DNA of 61,833 bases. Source: a bacterium (GTDB taxonomy: Bacteria > Patescibacteriota > Minisyncoccia > Phycocordibacterales > JABMNX01). Every line of letters starts with the position of its first letter. Position 1 is the stretch's first letter. Made by a program: the position numbers and the translations under genes. This document shows, one piece after another, positions 28,490 through 38,690 of this stretch. Location: positions 1-61,833 of the forward strand of contig NZBM01000007.1 in the NCBI GenBank assembly GCA_002687905.1, in the 5' to 3' direction. The notes beneath the pieces are model-generated. The model had not been told where the DNA came from. It was given only the letters and a program-made list of their open reading frames with translations, and made no database searches.

Positions 28490-31400
28490 TTAAAGGGCTT
28501 TCACGGCTTCAGCCACAATACTTGTGTCCCCATTTCTTGCAGATAAACGCCCTTTTATTGAGATGCAATTTTCAGCCTGGAGAAGATCCTTATGGTTTGT
28601 AAATAGGCGAGGGAATATTACAACCTCCACATTGTCTGAAAAATCAGCGATGCGAAGAAATGCCATTTGATCTCCTCCTTTGGTTAAAATTACACGAGCA
28701 TCTTCAATAATTCCCGAGACCACGGTTTGCATTCCCTCTCTTAACTCTTCTTTTATTTTATGAATATCAGCTGAGCGCTTTTCTAGTTTCTCTCTATATT
28801 TATCAAGCGGATGCCCCGAGATGTACAGTCCAAGAAGCTCGCGCTCCCACAATAATTTTTCGTCCATTGAAATTGGATCTGATTTTGGAAGAACGAGAGT
28901 AGAGGAGCTATCATTTTGAGGGAGAGCTCCAAAAAGAGAATCTTGACTATCAGGTAAATCTGCGAACTCTTTGCTGTATGAAAGAAGCATCTCAATATTT
29001 GAGAGCATAGTTCCTCTTTCTTCAAACTGATCAAGTGCGCCGGATTTAATCAACGACTCAAGTGATTTTCTGTTTAGGTTTTTATCTTGTACGCGCTCAA
29101 GGAGATTGGCTATTGAAGTGTATTTTCCATTGTCTTTTCTTTCTTGTATGATGCTGTCTGCTATACCTTCACCAAAGTTTTTAATTGAGTAAAGTCCAAA
29201 ACGAATTGTGGGCAACTCTCCTGGCACAACGGAAAAATCCCCAAAACTCTCATTAATATCAGGGGGGAGAACGGCGATATCCATACGCTTACACTCATTT
29301 ATGCCCTCGGCAATTTTCTCAACATCACCTGCATCCGCTGTAAGAACCGCAGACATATATTCAACAGGGAAGTTGGTTTTCATATAAGCGGTTTGATAAG
29401 CCACCTTTCCATAGCTTACGGAATGCGCCTTGTTAAAGCCGTATGCAGCAAAAGGCTCAATCCATTTCCATATCCGCTCAGCCTTTGCTCTGTCCCATTT
29501 ACTTATCTTCATACATCCTTTGATAAACTTCTCTTTTTGCGCGGCCATCTCAGCTGGAATCTTTTTACCCACGGCTTTTCTAAATTTGTCTACCTCTTTC
29601 CAAGAATATCCAGCGAGATCGTGCGCCATTATTAGAAGATCGTCTTGATATACCAAGATTCCATTTGTCCTGTTTAAAATTTTCTCAAAAGCTGGGTCAA
29701 GATAACTTATTAAATTAGGGTTGTGTTTTCTTTCAATATATTGAGGTATGAATTGCATCGGGCCGGGGCGATAAAGAGCGACCATAACATTTATATCGTG
29801 AATAGATGACGGCCTAAGTTCTTTTAGAAAATGAGTCATACCGGAGCCGTTCAATTGGAAAAGCCCCATAGTTTCTCCTCTGGCCAAAGACTCAAAGGTT
29901 TTCTTGTCGTCTATTTTTACGTCCTCTATATTAATTTCTACATTTCTTATTTTTCTTACACGCCTAACTGCGTCTGAGAGTATTGCCAAGTTTTTAATTC
30001 CTAGGAAATCAAATTTTAGAAGTCCGGCATCCTCAACTGCATACATGTCGTACTGGGTTATTTTCTTGCCACCTTTAGGATCAAACTGAAGCGGTACGTA
30101 CTCTTCAAGAGCTGTAGGGGCGATAACAACTCCAGCAGCGTGAACAGAGATATGTCTGGCGCACCCCTCGATACTTTTTGCTAGATCTATAATCTCCTTT
30201 ACATCGCGCTCCTTTTTATATAATTCTCTAAGGTCCGGCATCATCTCCATTGCTCTATCTATAGTCATTGGAAATCCCTGTGAGCCAAATGGAATTATTT
30301 TTGCGATTCTATCTCCGAGTCCATACGGATGCCCTAAGGCGCGCGCTACGTCACGAACAGCTGCGCGAGCCATCATAGTTCCGAATGTGCCAATTTGAGC
30401 GACTCTATCTTCACCGTATTTCTCACGCGCATATTGTATTACCTCATCGCGTCTGTTATCTGCAAAGTCCATATCAATATCTGGAGGAGAAGGTCTGTCT
30501 GGGTTTAGAAATCTTTCAAATGGAATTTGATATTCAAGGGGGTCAACATTCGTAATTTCTGATAAATAAGTCGTGAGAGAGCCCGCCACAGAGCCACGAA
30601 TTGTTGTGAGTATTTTTTTCTCGTGGGCAAAACGCATCAAATCTCCAACTACTAGAAAATACGGAGAATAGCCTTTGTCTTTAATTATCTTTAGTTCATA
30701 ATCCAGTCTATCTTTTAGCTCCTTACTTTTTTTAAGACCTTTTTTAGAGATTCCACTTTCTGCAAGTTTTTTTAGTGCACTATCAGCAGTTTCTCCTTTA
30801 GAAAGTTTAAAGTCGGGGAATACCCACTTTCCAAGTTCAATCTCTAGATTGCACTTTTCCGAGATTTCTATTGTATTTTGAAGCGCTTGCGGTACGTCCT
30901 TAAAGAACTCGTTTGCCTGTTCGTTTGATATAAATGAAAAATCTTCGTTTCTATTACTATCTCTATCAAGAGAAGCACTAGTCTGAATTTTGACCATAGT
31001 CTCTCTTGCTAGCCGGTCATTTGGTTTTATGTAGTAGGAATCGTGCGCTGCCACAAGAGGAGTGCTTGTCTCTTTAGCAAACTTTTTAATTGAGTCCATT
31101 AAGTTTTGGTGCCCATCAATTTCTGGATGATGTGTTATTTCAAGATAGACATTATCTTTACCAAAAACTTTCTTGTACCAATCTATAGTTTCTCTTGCTC
31201 GCTCTTCGTCATTTTCACGAATCGCCTTTGTGACTTCACTTGCAAATGACGGCAGGATTGCTATTTGTTCATTATTAAACTCCTCAAGAAGTTCTCTGTC
31301 CACTCTAGGTTTGTAGTAGAAACCCTCAAGGTTTGCCTTAGTAACTGACTTAAGAAGATTCCTATAACCTTTTTCGTTTTTAGACAAAAGTACAAGTCTT

Positions 31401-31663
31401 GAAGTCCTGTTATCAATCCTAGATTCTTTGTCGTGTCTTGTGCGAGGGGCAACGTATGCATCTACTCCAATGATAGGTTTTATATTTTTACTTTTGCAGG
31501 TCTTATAAAATTCAATTGCGCCGTATAGATTTCCGTTGTCAGTGAGAGCGAGTGCTGGCATTTCATTTTCAGTAGCAACATCTACTAGGTCTGGAATTTT
31601 AGGGAGCGCGTTTAATAGAGAATAATGTGAGTGGGTATGTAGGTGGACGAAGGAGTTCTTCAT
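28490..31663 (-). CDS. dnaE: DNA polymerase III alpha subunit
   Basis: FVHLHTHSHYS (PHP domain), PDIDMDF, KFDFLG and YGFNKAHS. Confidence 0.97.
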   Translation of the reverse strand: MKNSFVHLHTHSHYSLLNALPKIPDLVDVATENEMPALALTDNGNLYGAIEFYKTCKSKNIKPIIGVDAYVAPRTRHDKESRIDNRTSRLVLLSKNEKGYRNLLKSVTKANLEGFYYKPRVDRELLEEFNNEQIAILPSFASEVTKAIRENDEERARETIDWYKKVFGKDNVYLEITHHPEIDGHQNLMDSIKKFAKETSTPLVAAHDSYYIKPNDRLARETMVKIQTSASLDRDSNRNEDFSFISNEQANEFFKDVPQALQNTIEISEKCNLEIELGKWVFPDFKLSKGETADSALKKLAESGISKKGLKKSKELKDRLDYELKIIKDKGYSPYFLVVGDLMRFAHEKKILTTIRGSVAGSLTTYLSEITNVDPLEYQIPFERFLNPDRPSPPDIDMDFADNRRDEVIQYAREKYGEDRVAQIGTFGTMMARAAVRDVARALGHPYGLGDRIAKIIPFGSQGFPMTIDRAMEMMPDLRELYKKERDVKEIIDLAKSIEGCARHISVHAAGVVIAPTALEEYVPLQFDPKGGKKITQYDMYAVEDAGLLKFDFLGIKNLAILSDAVRRVRKIRNVEINIEDVKIDDKKTFESLARGETMGLFQLNGSGMTHFLKELRPSSIHDINVMVALYRPGPMQFIPQYIERKHNPNLISYLDPAFEKILNRTNGILVYQDDLLIMAHDLAGYSWKEVDKFRKAVGKKIPAEMAAQKEKFIKGCMKISKWDRAKAERIWKWIEPFAAYGFNKAHSVSYGKVAYQTAYMKTNFPVEYMSAVLTADAGDVEKIAEGINECKRMDIAVLPPDINESFGDFSVVPGELPTIRFGLYSIKNFGEGIADSIIQERKDNGKYTSIANLLERVQDKNLNRKSLESLIKSGALDQFEERGTMLSNIEMLLSYSKEFADLPDSQDSLFGALPQNDSSSTLVLPKSDPISMDEKLLWERELLGLYISGHPLDKYREKLEKRSADIHKIKEELREGMQTVVSGIIEDARVILTKGGDQMAFLRIADFSDNVEVVIFPRLFTNHKDLLQAENCISIKGRLSARNGDTSIVAEAVKAL

Positions 31664-31717
31664 TTTTCAATTATAACGCCCCTCCTAGCTCTCTGCCAAA
31701 ATGCATATAATAGGACT

Positions 31718-32302
31718 ATGAAGCATAGATATGTAGTCGGGATAGACGAGGTAGGGCGTGGCCCTATAGCTGGGCCTGTTTCAGTATGCGCGGTTCTTAT
31801 TCCCAGAAATTTAGGTAGAAAAGATTTCAGAGGAGTTCGTGACTCAAAAAAACTCTCATCGAAAAAAAGAGAAGAATGGTTTTTGTATATGAAAGATAAA
31901 AAAGAAAAAGGTCGGCTAAATTATGCGGTAGCATCTGTTGGGCCAAAAAAGATTGACGATATTGGTATATCAAAATCAATAAGACTGGCTACTAAAAGAG
32001 CTATAGACAGACTTGGTGTTAGGCCAGAGGAGTGCAAGGTTTTACTTGACGGAGGGCTTAGTGCACCGAGTAAATTTAAAGATCAAAAAACAATAATAAA
32101 GGGCGAAGACAAAGAATTTTCAATCGCTCTAGCTTCAGTTATTGCGAAAGTGACTCGAGATAAAAAAATGCGTCGTCTGTCAGGTGTTTACCCACATTAT
32201 TTATTTGAAGAGCATAAAGGGTATGGAACATTTAAACATTATCAAATTATTAGGAAGAAAGGGATGTGCGAGATTCACAGGAGAAGCTTTATACACCTAT
32301 AG
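31718..32302 (+). CDS. rnhB: Ribonuclease HII
   Basis: GIDEVGRGP, DSKKL, ASVIAKV and HKGYGT. Confidence 0.95.
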   Translation: MKHRYVVGIDEVGRGPIAGPVSVCAVLIPRNLGRKDFRGVRDSKKLSSKKREEWFLYMKDKKEKGRLNYAVASVGPKKIDDIGISKSIRLATKRAIDRLGVRPEECKVLLDGGLSAPSKFKDQKTIIKGEDKEFSIALASVIAKVTRDKKMRRLSGVYPHYLFEEHKGYGTFKHYQIIRKKGMCEIHRRSFIHL

Positions 32303-32344
32303 TTTGAGAGTTGCCATATAAGAAAAAACTGTTATATTTCAAGG

Positions 32345-32647
32345 ATGGGAAGCAGAATGCGCGTTACAAAAGGACATGGAGGAAATAGGCGCTCACATCA
32401 TGCACTTAGTGAGCCGGGTCTTTCGGAGTGTTCAAATTGCGGCGCCAAACATCTTCGCCATCGTGCTTGCCAGAATTGTGGTCAGTACAAGGGTCGCTCA
32501 GTCTTTGATGTTCTTAAAAGAACAGGACGACTTCTAGCTAAAAAAGAAGCTCGTCAAAAAGAAAGACAGGTTGCACCCGAGGAAAAGGTCCCAGAAGAAA
32601 AAGCTCCTAAAGCACTTAGTGCAGAAGGACTTTCTAAGCGTGATTAA
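32345..32647 (+). CDS. rpmF: 50S ribosomal protein L32
   Basis: RRSHHAL and CSNCG..HRACQNCGQYKG. Confidence 0.92.
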   Translation: MGSRMRVTKGHGGNRRSHHALSEPGLSECSNCGAKHLRHRACQNCGQYKGRSVFDVLKRTGRLLAKKEARQKERQVAPEEKVPEEKAPKALSAEGLSKRD

Positions 32648-32675
32648 AACGCAATTGTTCATTTTTTAGTTCTTT

Positions 32676-33584
32676 ATGGCAAATCGCCACCTTTCAAGAA
32701 GTATAGTTTTACAAACGCTCTTTGAGTTGGATTTTGAGGATAAGCTCAGTGGGAGTGATAGTGTTGTAGAGGAGGTTTTAGTACGAAATGTTAAGGAGTT
32801 TGCACCCGGTATGGGTGATTTTTCATTTATGAAGCAGCTTCTTGAGACAGTTCTCAAAAAAAGAGATGAATTGGATGAGATAATAGAGAAAGCGGCCCCA
32901 GAATGGCCGGTAGATAAAATATCTGTTGTAGATAGAAATATTCTTCGTCTCGGACTTTCAGAGCTTTTATTTTCAGACAGAAATGAAGTCCCGGCTAAAG
33001 TTGCGATAAATGAAGCAATTGAACTTGGCAAGACATTCGGAGGTGAAAATAGTGGAAGATTTGTAAATGGAGTTCTAGGAGCAGTTTATAAAGAGATTGG
33101 AGAGCCAGGCAAAGACGAGGTCTCAAAGAAAAAGAAATCAGACATACCGTTTGAGAAAATGCCAATAGAGAGACTTGGAGGAGCTGTGGTTTACGCAAGG
33201 GATGGAGAGGAGGTTTATTTGGCACTTGTGCATGATGTATTTGGTCATTGGACTCTTTCAAAAGGTCACGTAGAAGAGAGTGAGGAATTAAAAGAGGGTA
33301 TAAAAAGAGTTGTTCTTGAAGAAATTGGTCTTGAGGTGAGCGTTGGAGATGAGCTTGGAAGAAACGAATACGTTGCCACACAGCCTGAAAAGGGAAAGAT
33401 TAGAAAGCAGGTAGTGTATCATCTTTGTGAATCAAAATTCGTTGAAATTGAACTTGCAGACAAAGGGGGTCTTGACGACGCGAAATGGTTTAAGCTTACA
33501 AATATTTTAGACTTAAATTTTTATGACGACATGCTCCCTATTGTTACAAAAGCGATCAATATTTTAGTGAAAAAAGATGAGTGA
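32676..33584 (+). CDS. nusB: Transcription antitermination factor NusB fused to a C-terminal NUDIX domain
   Basis: DRNILRL, VAINEAIELGK and FVNGVLG, followed by WTLSKGHVEESE..RVVLEEIG. Confidence 0.9.
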   Translation: MANRHLSRSIVLQTLFELDFEDKLSGSDSVVEEVLVRNVKEFAPGMGDFSFMKQLLETVLKKRDELDEIIEKAAPEWPVDKISVVDRNILRLGLSELLFSDRNEVPAKVAINEAIELGKTFGGENSGRFVNGVLGAVYKEIGEPGKDEVSKKKKSDIPFEKMPIERLGGAVVYARDGEEVYLALVHDVFGHWTLSKGHVEESEELKEGIKRVVLEEIGLEVSVGDELGRNEYVATQPEKGKIRKQVVYHLCESKFVEIELADKGGLDDAKWFKLTNILDLNFYDDMLPIVTKAINILVKKDE

Positions 33585-34266
33585 TTACAAAGATTTTGAA
33601 AAGAAGATTGGGGTGGTATTTAAGGATGAGTCAAAGTTAATACAAGCTTTCACCCACCGTTCTTATCTAAATGAACACAGGGATTTAGATATAGGTCATA
33701 ACGAGAGACTAGAGTTTTTGGGCGACGCTGTTCTTGAGCTGGTAGTTACAGATTTTCTTTTCAATAAATACAAAGACAAACCAGAGGGCGAACTAACAGC
33801 TTTTCGTTCTGCTCTCGTAAACACCTCCTCATTGTCCGCATCAGCAAATGAGCTTGGGGTAAATGATTACTTAATGCTTTCAAAAGGTGAAGCAAAGGAC
33901 ACAGGTAGAGCAAGGCTCTATATTCTTGCGAACACTTTTGAAGCTATTATTGGAGCAATTTATATGGACCAAGGGTATGATGTGGCTGAAAAATTTATAT
34001 CAAAAATAATTCTTCATAAGACAGAAGAGATGGTGGACAATAGATTGTGGCAGGATGCTAAAAGTAGATTTCAAGAAGCTTCGCAGGAAAAAGAAAACAC
34101 TACACCAGCTTATAAGCCCACGAAGGAGACCGGCCCAGACCACGACAAACATTTTATGGTGGGAGTTTATTTGGGAGGCAAGCTAATAGCTGAAGGAGAG
34201 GGTAAATCAAAACAAGAAGCAGAGCAGGAGGCAGCTGGTAATGCCCTAGAGAAGAAAGGTTGGTAG
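33577..34266 (+). CDS. rnc: Ribonuclease III
   Basis: NERLEFLGDAVL plus a dsRBD. Confidence 0.97.
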   Translation: MSDYKDFEKKIGVVFKDESKLIQAFTHRSYLNEHRDLDIGHNERLEFLGDAVLELVVTDFLFNKYKDKPEGELTAFRSALVNTSSLSASANELGVNDYLMLSKGEAKDTGRARLYILANTFEAIIGAIYMDQGYDVAEKFISKIILHKTEEMVDNRLWQDAKSRFQEASQEKENTTPAYKPTKETGPDHDKHFMVGVYLGGKLIAEGEGKSKQEAEQEAAGNALEKKGW

Positions 34267-34282
34267 GGTTACAATATAGCCT

Positions 34283-36508
34283 ATGTATTTAAAGGGTATA
34301 GAGCTTAGTGGCTTTAAGTCGTTTGCAAAAAAGAGTGAATTTGAATTCTCCTCATCAATTTCAGCAATAGTCGGACCAAATGGTTCTGGTAAGTCAAATG
34401 TGGCAGAGGCTTTTAGATTTGTTCTAGGAGAGCAGTCTATGAAAAGTATGCGTGGAAAGCGAGGAGAAGATCTTATATGGGGAGGCTCCCAAGCTACACC
34501 AAGGTCAAACAGAGCTCTTGTTAAAGTTACTTTTGACAATACTAAAAAGCTCCTAGATCTTGATTTTGATGAAGTTGAAATAGAGAGGATAGTTCACAGA
34601 GATGGAATAAACGAATATAAACTAAACGGAAGTTCCGTCAGGTTAAAAGATGTTGTAGAGCTTTTAGCAGGAGCAAATATTGGCTCAACAGGTCATCACA
34701 TAATCTCTCAAGGGGAGGCCGATAGGATTTTAAATGCTAATTTGCGTGAGCGTCGTGAGATGATAGAGGACGCTCTTGGTCTTAAAATATTCCAATACAA
34801 GAAAAATGAAAGTGAAAGAAAACTTGATAGAACTGCTGAAAACATCAAACAAGTTCAGTCGCTAAGAAGGGAAATTGCTCCTCATCTTAAATTTTTAAAA
34901 AAACAGGTAGACAAATTAGAAAAAAGCAAAGAGCTTCGTGTAGAACTCAAAGAAAAACTGCATGAGTACTTAAAAAGAGAAGAAGTCTACCTAACTTTTA
35001 CCGAAGAAGATATTGCCTCAAGAAAAGAAGGCCCCAAATCAAAATTAGAGACGCTCGAGGTGGAGCTTGAAAAAGCGAGGAAGACTTTAGAGTCGGCGAG
35101 TAAAGAAGATATTCGTGGGCAGGAAGTCTTAACTATTGAAAGAGAGCTTTCGGGGGCAAGAAGCAAAAGAGATGAACTTTCAAGAGAAGTTGGGCGAATT
35201 GAAGGGCAGGTTTCCTTTGCAGAAAGGCACGGGAGCACACCAACTGAAGCAAGCTCTGTTCCAATGTCCGAATTAAAGGCTTTTGAGTCTGAACTAGACG
35301 AGAGTTTTAATGAAGCTAACAAGAGCGATGATCCAAAAGCTATACGCCTTGCAATTTCTAAGATAAAAAGCGCGTTCACCTCCCTCATAGAGAAATACTC
35401 AAAAGAAAGTGTTGGTACTGAAGCAAAGGAGGAAGTGAGAGCTCTTAAGGAGAAAAAAGAGGCCTTAGATACGGAACTGTCACTAATTGAGAGTCATGTA
35501 GATGAATTGAGCGAGACATATAAAAATCTTCAGAATGAAATAGAAACATCAAAGGACGAAGAGAGAGGAGCGGAAAGAGAAGTATTTAGGATTACAACAG
35601 AGAAAAGAGAGCTTGAGACCGGGCTTAGAGATATGGCCAGAGAAGAAGAGATGCTTACAAGGGCAAGGGAAGAGTTTAAGCAGAATCTAGAAGAAGGGGC
35701 AGTGCTCGGAGGAAGAGAGGTGCTTGATTATAGTAATTTCGATATAGACCACGATTCAGTAGTGAAAGAGTCGCGAGAGATACAAGACGAAAGAAGAAAG
35801 ACGATAGAGAAAATTAAGATAAGACTTGAAGAGTTTGGAGGAGGCTCCGGCGAGGAGATAATGAAAGAGTACAGAGAAGTGGTGGAAAGAGATGAATTTT
35901 TGGAGAGAGAGATTGAAGATTTAGAAAGGTCAGCAGAGACTTTGAAGCAATTAATATCTGATCTGGAGGAAAGACTCGGACTTCAGTTTAGGGAAGGTAT
36001 TGAAAAGATTAATAAAGAGTTCCAACATTTCTTCGAGCTTCTTTTTGGTGGTGGTACAGCAGAGCTTTCTGTCATAAAGCAACAAAAAAGAAAAAAGAGA
36101 GATACTGATATAGAAATATCCGAAGAGGAGATTGATGAGAGTGATGAAACAGAGGAGGGAATAGATATTGAAGTGGCTCTTCCGCGAAAGAAAATTAAAG
36201 GACTTGAAATGCTTTCTGGTGGGGAAAGGGCTCTCACCTCAATCTCACTTCTTTTTGCAATGAGCCAAGTTAATCCCCCTCCATTTTTAATTCTTGATGA
36301 GACAGACGCCGCTCTTGATGAAGCAAACTCAAGAAAATATAGCACAATGATTAGTGAGCTTTCAGAAAAGACTCAGCTTATTTTAATTACACACAATAGA
36401 GAGACTATGAGTGTCGCGGGTATTTTATACGGAGTAACAATGGGAGCAGACGGCGTTTCTAAGCTACTCTCCGTTAAGTTTGAAGACGCGGTAAGGGTGA
36501 CCAAATAA
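34283..36508 (+). CDS. smc: SMC-family ATPase (short)
   Basis: GFKSF, GPNGSGKS, LSGGE, ILDETDAALD and ITH motifs with coiled coils. Confidence 0.88.
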   Translation: MYLKGIELSGFKSFAKKSEFEFSSSISAIVGPNGSGKSNVAEAFRFVLGEQSMKSMRGKRGEDLIWGGSQATPRSNRALVKVTFDNTKKLLDLDFDEVEIERIVHRDGINEYKLNGSSVRLKDVVELLAGANIGSTGHHIISQGEADRILNANLRERREMIEDALGLKIFQYKKNESERKLDRTAENIKQVQSLRREIAPHLKFLKKQVDKLEKSKELRVELKEKLHEYLKREEVYLTFTEEDIASRKEGPKSKLETLEVELEKARKTLESASKEDIRGQEVLTIERELSGARSKRDELSREVGRIEGQVSFAERHGSTPTEASSVPMSELKAFESELDESFNEANKSDDPKAIRLAISKIKSAFTSLIEKYSKESVGTEAKEEVRALKEKKEALDTELSLIESHVDELSETYKNLQNEIETSKDEERGAEREVFRITTEKRELETGLRDMAREEEMLTRAREEFKQNLEEGAVLGGREVLDYSNFDIDHDSVVKESREIQDERRKTIEKIKIRLEEFGGGSGEEIMKEYREVVERDEFLEREIEDLERSAETLKQLISDLEERLGLQFREGIEKINKEFQHFFELLFGGGTAELSVIKQQKRKKRDTDIEISEEEIDESDETEEGIDIEVALPRKKIKGLEMLSGGERALTSISLLFAMSQVNPPPFLILDETDAALDEANSRKYSTMISELSEKTQLILITHNRETMSVAGILYGVTMGADGVSKLLSVKFEDAVRVTK

Positions 36509-36518
36509 CCCAATATTT

Positions 36519-36551
36519 GAGCCAAAATTTGCGACTCAACCGGTTGAGTCG
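36519..36551. repeat. Palindrome family B (copy 3, right arm truncated)
   Basis: GAGCCAAAATTTGCGACTCAACCGGTTGAGTCG is identical to 11980-12012. Confidence 0.85.
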
Positions 36552-36552
36552 A

Positions 36553-38490
36553 TTATTTTTGAAGTATTTTCCAGCTTATTCTTCTCTCGTCTAGGTCTGC
36601 GTCAAGAAGCTCTATCTTAACTTCATCTCCAACTGCATATCTTTTCCTGCCTTTTTTACCAACCAAGGAATAACCTCCTTTTTCAAGCTCATAGTAGTCG
36701 TCCATATCAGCCAGGCGCACAAGCCCTTCTGCCTTTGTCTTTCTTTCTTCAATAAATATCCCAAAATCAGTGACGCCAGTTATAAGGCCGTTAAATTTCT
36801 CACCAATATGCTCTTTCATATATTCAACCTGCTTGTATTTTATACTTTCTCTTTCAGCAGCTACGGCTTCAATTTCACGTTGTGAAGACTTTATGGCTAA
36901 ATTACTATATCTCTTCAGTTCGTCATTTGGAATTGGAGATTTGTCTAAATGTCCAAAAAATATTCTGTGCGCCATCATATCGGGGTAGCGTCGTATTGGT
37001 GAAGTGAAGTGAGTGTAGTGTCTAAATGAGAGGCTAAAGTGACCTATATTTTTTGTTGAATAAATCGCTTTTGCCATTGAGCGAATGGTGGCCATTTGGA
37101 TTAATTTCTCTTCAGGTTTTCCCTTAATGCTTTCAAGTAATTTATTTATTTCTTTTGAAGACATTTCACCTTTTTTTGTCTTAATATCGTAGCCAATTGC
37201 GCGAAGAAATATCTCAAGTTCAGCAATTTTTTCATTTTTTGGAACATCGTGAATTCTATAGATAAAAGTGGGCGTGCCTAGGCCCTGCGCCTTGCATAAT
37301 TCAAAGATAAATTCAGCCACGCCCTTGTTTGCCATAAGCATAAAATCCTCAATCAAAAGATTTGTCTCAAGGCGTTCCTTTACCACTACATCTATTGGCA
37401 TCCCCTTTTCGTTTAATTTAAATTTGACTTCATCTTGCTCAAAAGAAATAGCGCCCTCTTTCATTCTCTTGACTCTTATTTTCTTAGCCAAGTCTCTTAT
37501 CTTTGTTAGTTCATCTATAAAAACCCCGTTCTTTTCATCAAGTACATCCTGCGCCTCTTTGTAGGTAAATCTTTTGTCAGAGTGGATAATGGTTTTTCCA
37601 AACCACTTATCTTTAATTTCACCACTGCTATCAAGTGTAAATACTGCAGAAAAAGTAAGTCTATCCTCATCTGGTTTTAGACTACATATATCGTTTGAAA
37701 GTATTTCAGGAAGCATGGGAATAGTACGGTCTACTAAGTAAACAGACGTACCTCTTTTTTGCGCTTCCTTATCTACTTCACTATTTGGACGCACATAGTG
37801 AGTAACGTCAGCTATGTGAATTCCCACCTCTATATTTCCATTCGGAAGAGTTTTCACGGACAGAGCATCATCAAAATCTTTCGCATCATCTGGATCAATG
37901 GTAAATGTTGGAGTATCTCTAAAATCTCTTCTTTTGTTTATTTCCTCATCGGTAATTTTTCGATTATCATTTATCTCTTTTGCCTCTTTTTCTACTTCCT
38001 TTGGAAAACTTGTATCAAATTCGTGTCCAAGGACTATGGCTTGCATCTCAGTCTCATGCTCTCCTTTCATTCCCAAAGTTCTTAGCACTGCTCCTTCTGG
38101 ATATTCATCTCCTTTTTCCCAGCGAGTAATTTCTACTAAGGCTTTCGTACCTTCCTTAATCCTTTTTTTCTCTGCGTCTTTAGTAGAGATGTCAGCATAC
38201 ATTCGCCTGTCATCGGAAACTAGGAAAAATCCTTCCTCGTCTCTTTCAATAGTTCCCACAAACTGAGTCTTGTCTCTTTCAAGTATTTCAACAACTTTTC
38301 CTTGCTGGCGTTTATCTCCCCTAGTCTTAACAAGCCTTGCCTCAACCATATCTCCGTTAAGGGCGGTGTTTAGATTCTCAAATGGAATTTCAATATCTTT
38401 TTCAAATCCTTCAAGAGGAACATATCCGGTACCACGTGCAGTAACGCTTATTATTCCTTTGAACTTCTTTCCTGCATCACTATTTTTCAT
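36553..38490 (-). CDS. rnr: Ribonuclease R
   Basis: TIDPDDAKDFDDA, HIADV, HFTSPIRRYPD and an S1 domain. Confidence 0.95.
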   Translation of the reverse strand: MKNSDAGKKFKGIISVTARGTGYVPLEGFEKDIEIPFENLNTALNGDMVEARLVKTRGDKRQQGKVVEILERDKTQFVGTIERDEEGFFLVSDDRRMYADISTKDAEKKRIKEGTKALVEITRWEKGDEYPEGAVLRTLGMKGEHETEMQAIVLGHEFDTSFPKEVEKEAKEINDNRKITDEEINKRRDFRDTPTFTIDPDDAKDFDDALSVKTLPNGNIEVGIHIADVTHYVRPNSEVDKEAQKRGTSVYLVDRTIPMLPEILSNDICSLKPDEDRLTFSAVFTLDSSGEIKDKWFGKTIIHSDKRFTYKEAQDVLDEKNGVFIDELTKIRDLAKKIRVKRMKEGAISFEQDEVKFKLNEKGMPIDVVVKERLETNLLIEDFMLMANKGVAEFIFELCKAQGLGTPTFIYRIHDVPKNEKIAELEIFLRAIGYDIKTKKGEMSSKEINKLLESIKGKPEEKLIQMATIRSMAKAIYSTKNIGHFSLSFRHYTHFTSPIRRYPDMMAHRIFFGHLDKSPIPNDELKRYSNLAIKSSQREIEAVAAERESIKYKQVEYMKEHIGEKFNGLITGVTDFGIFIEERKTKAEGLVRLADMDDYYELEKGGYSLVGKKGRKRYAVGDEVKIELLDADLDERRISWKILQK

Positions 38491-38541
38491 TGATAGAGTA
38501 TAACCTATTGAATAAATATATGGCTCTGATAGTATTTAAAT

Positions 38542-38651
38542 ATCCGGATCCCGACTTGACCTGACCCGATCCGGTGATTGGCGGAATACCCACCATCGTC
38601 AGTGTCCTCCCTGTTGCCTCGGGGCGCCGCGCAAGCGCGGCGCCCCATTTT
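38542..38651 (+). ncRNA. Candidate small RNA (about 110 nt)
   Basis: TG-A-TAGTAT extended -10 at 38527-38535, a GC-rich body and a strong terminal hairpin at 38621-38646 followed by ATTTT. Confidence 0.4.
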
Positions 38652-38690
38652 CGTTGACAAATACCGTTATTCTGGTAAATTTTGGTCTTA

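Noticed and set aside
38542-38651. SRP RNA, 6S RNA or tmRNA
   Set aside because: It lacks the SRP helix-8 motif (CAGG..GGAA..AGCAG), is too short for a 6S rod and has no tRNA-like ends.
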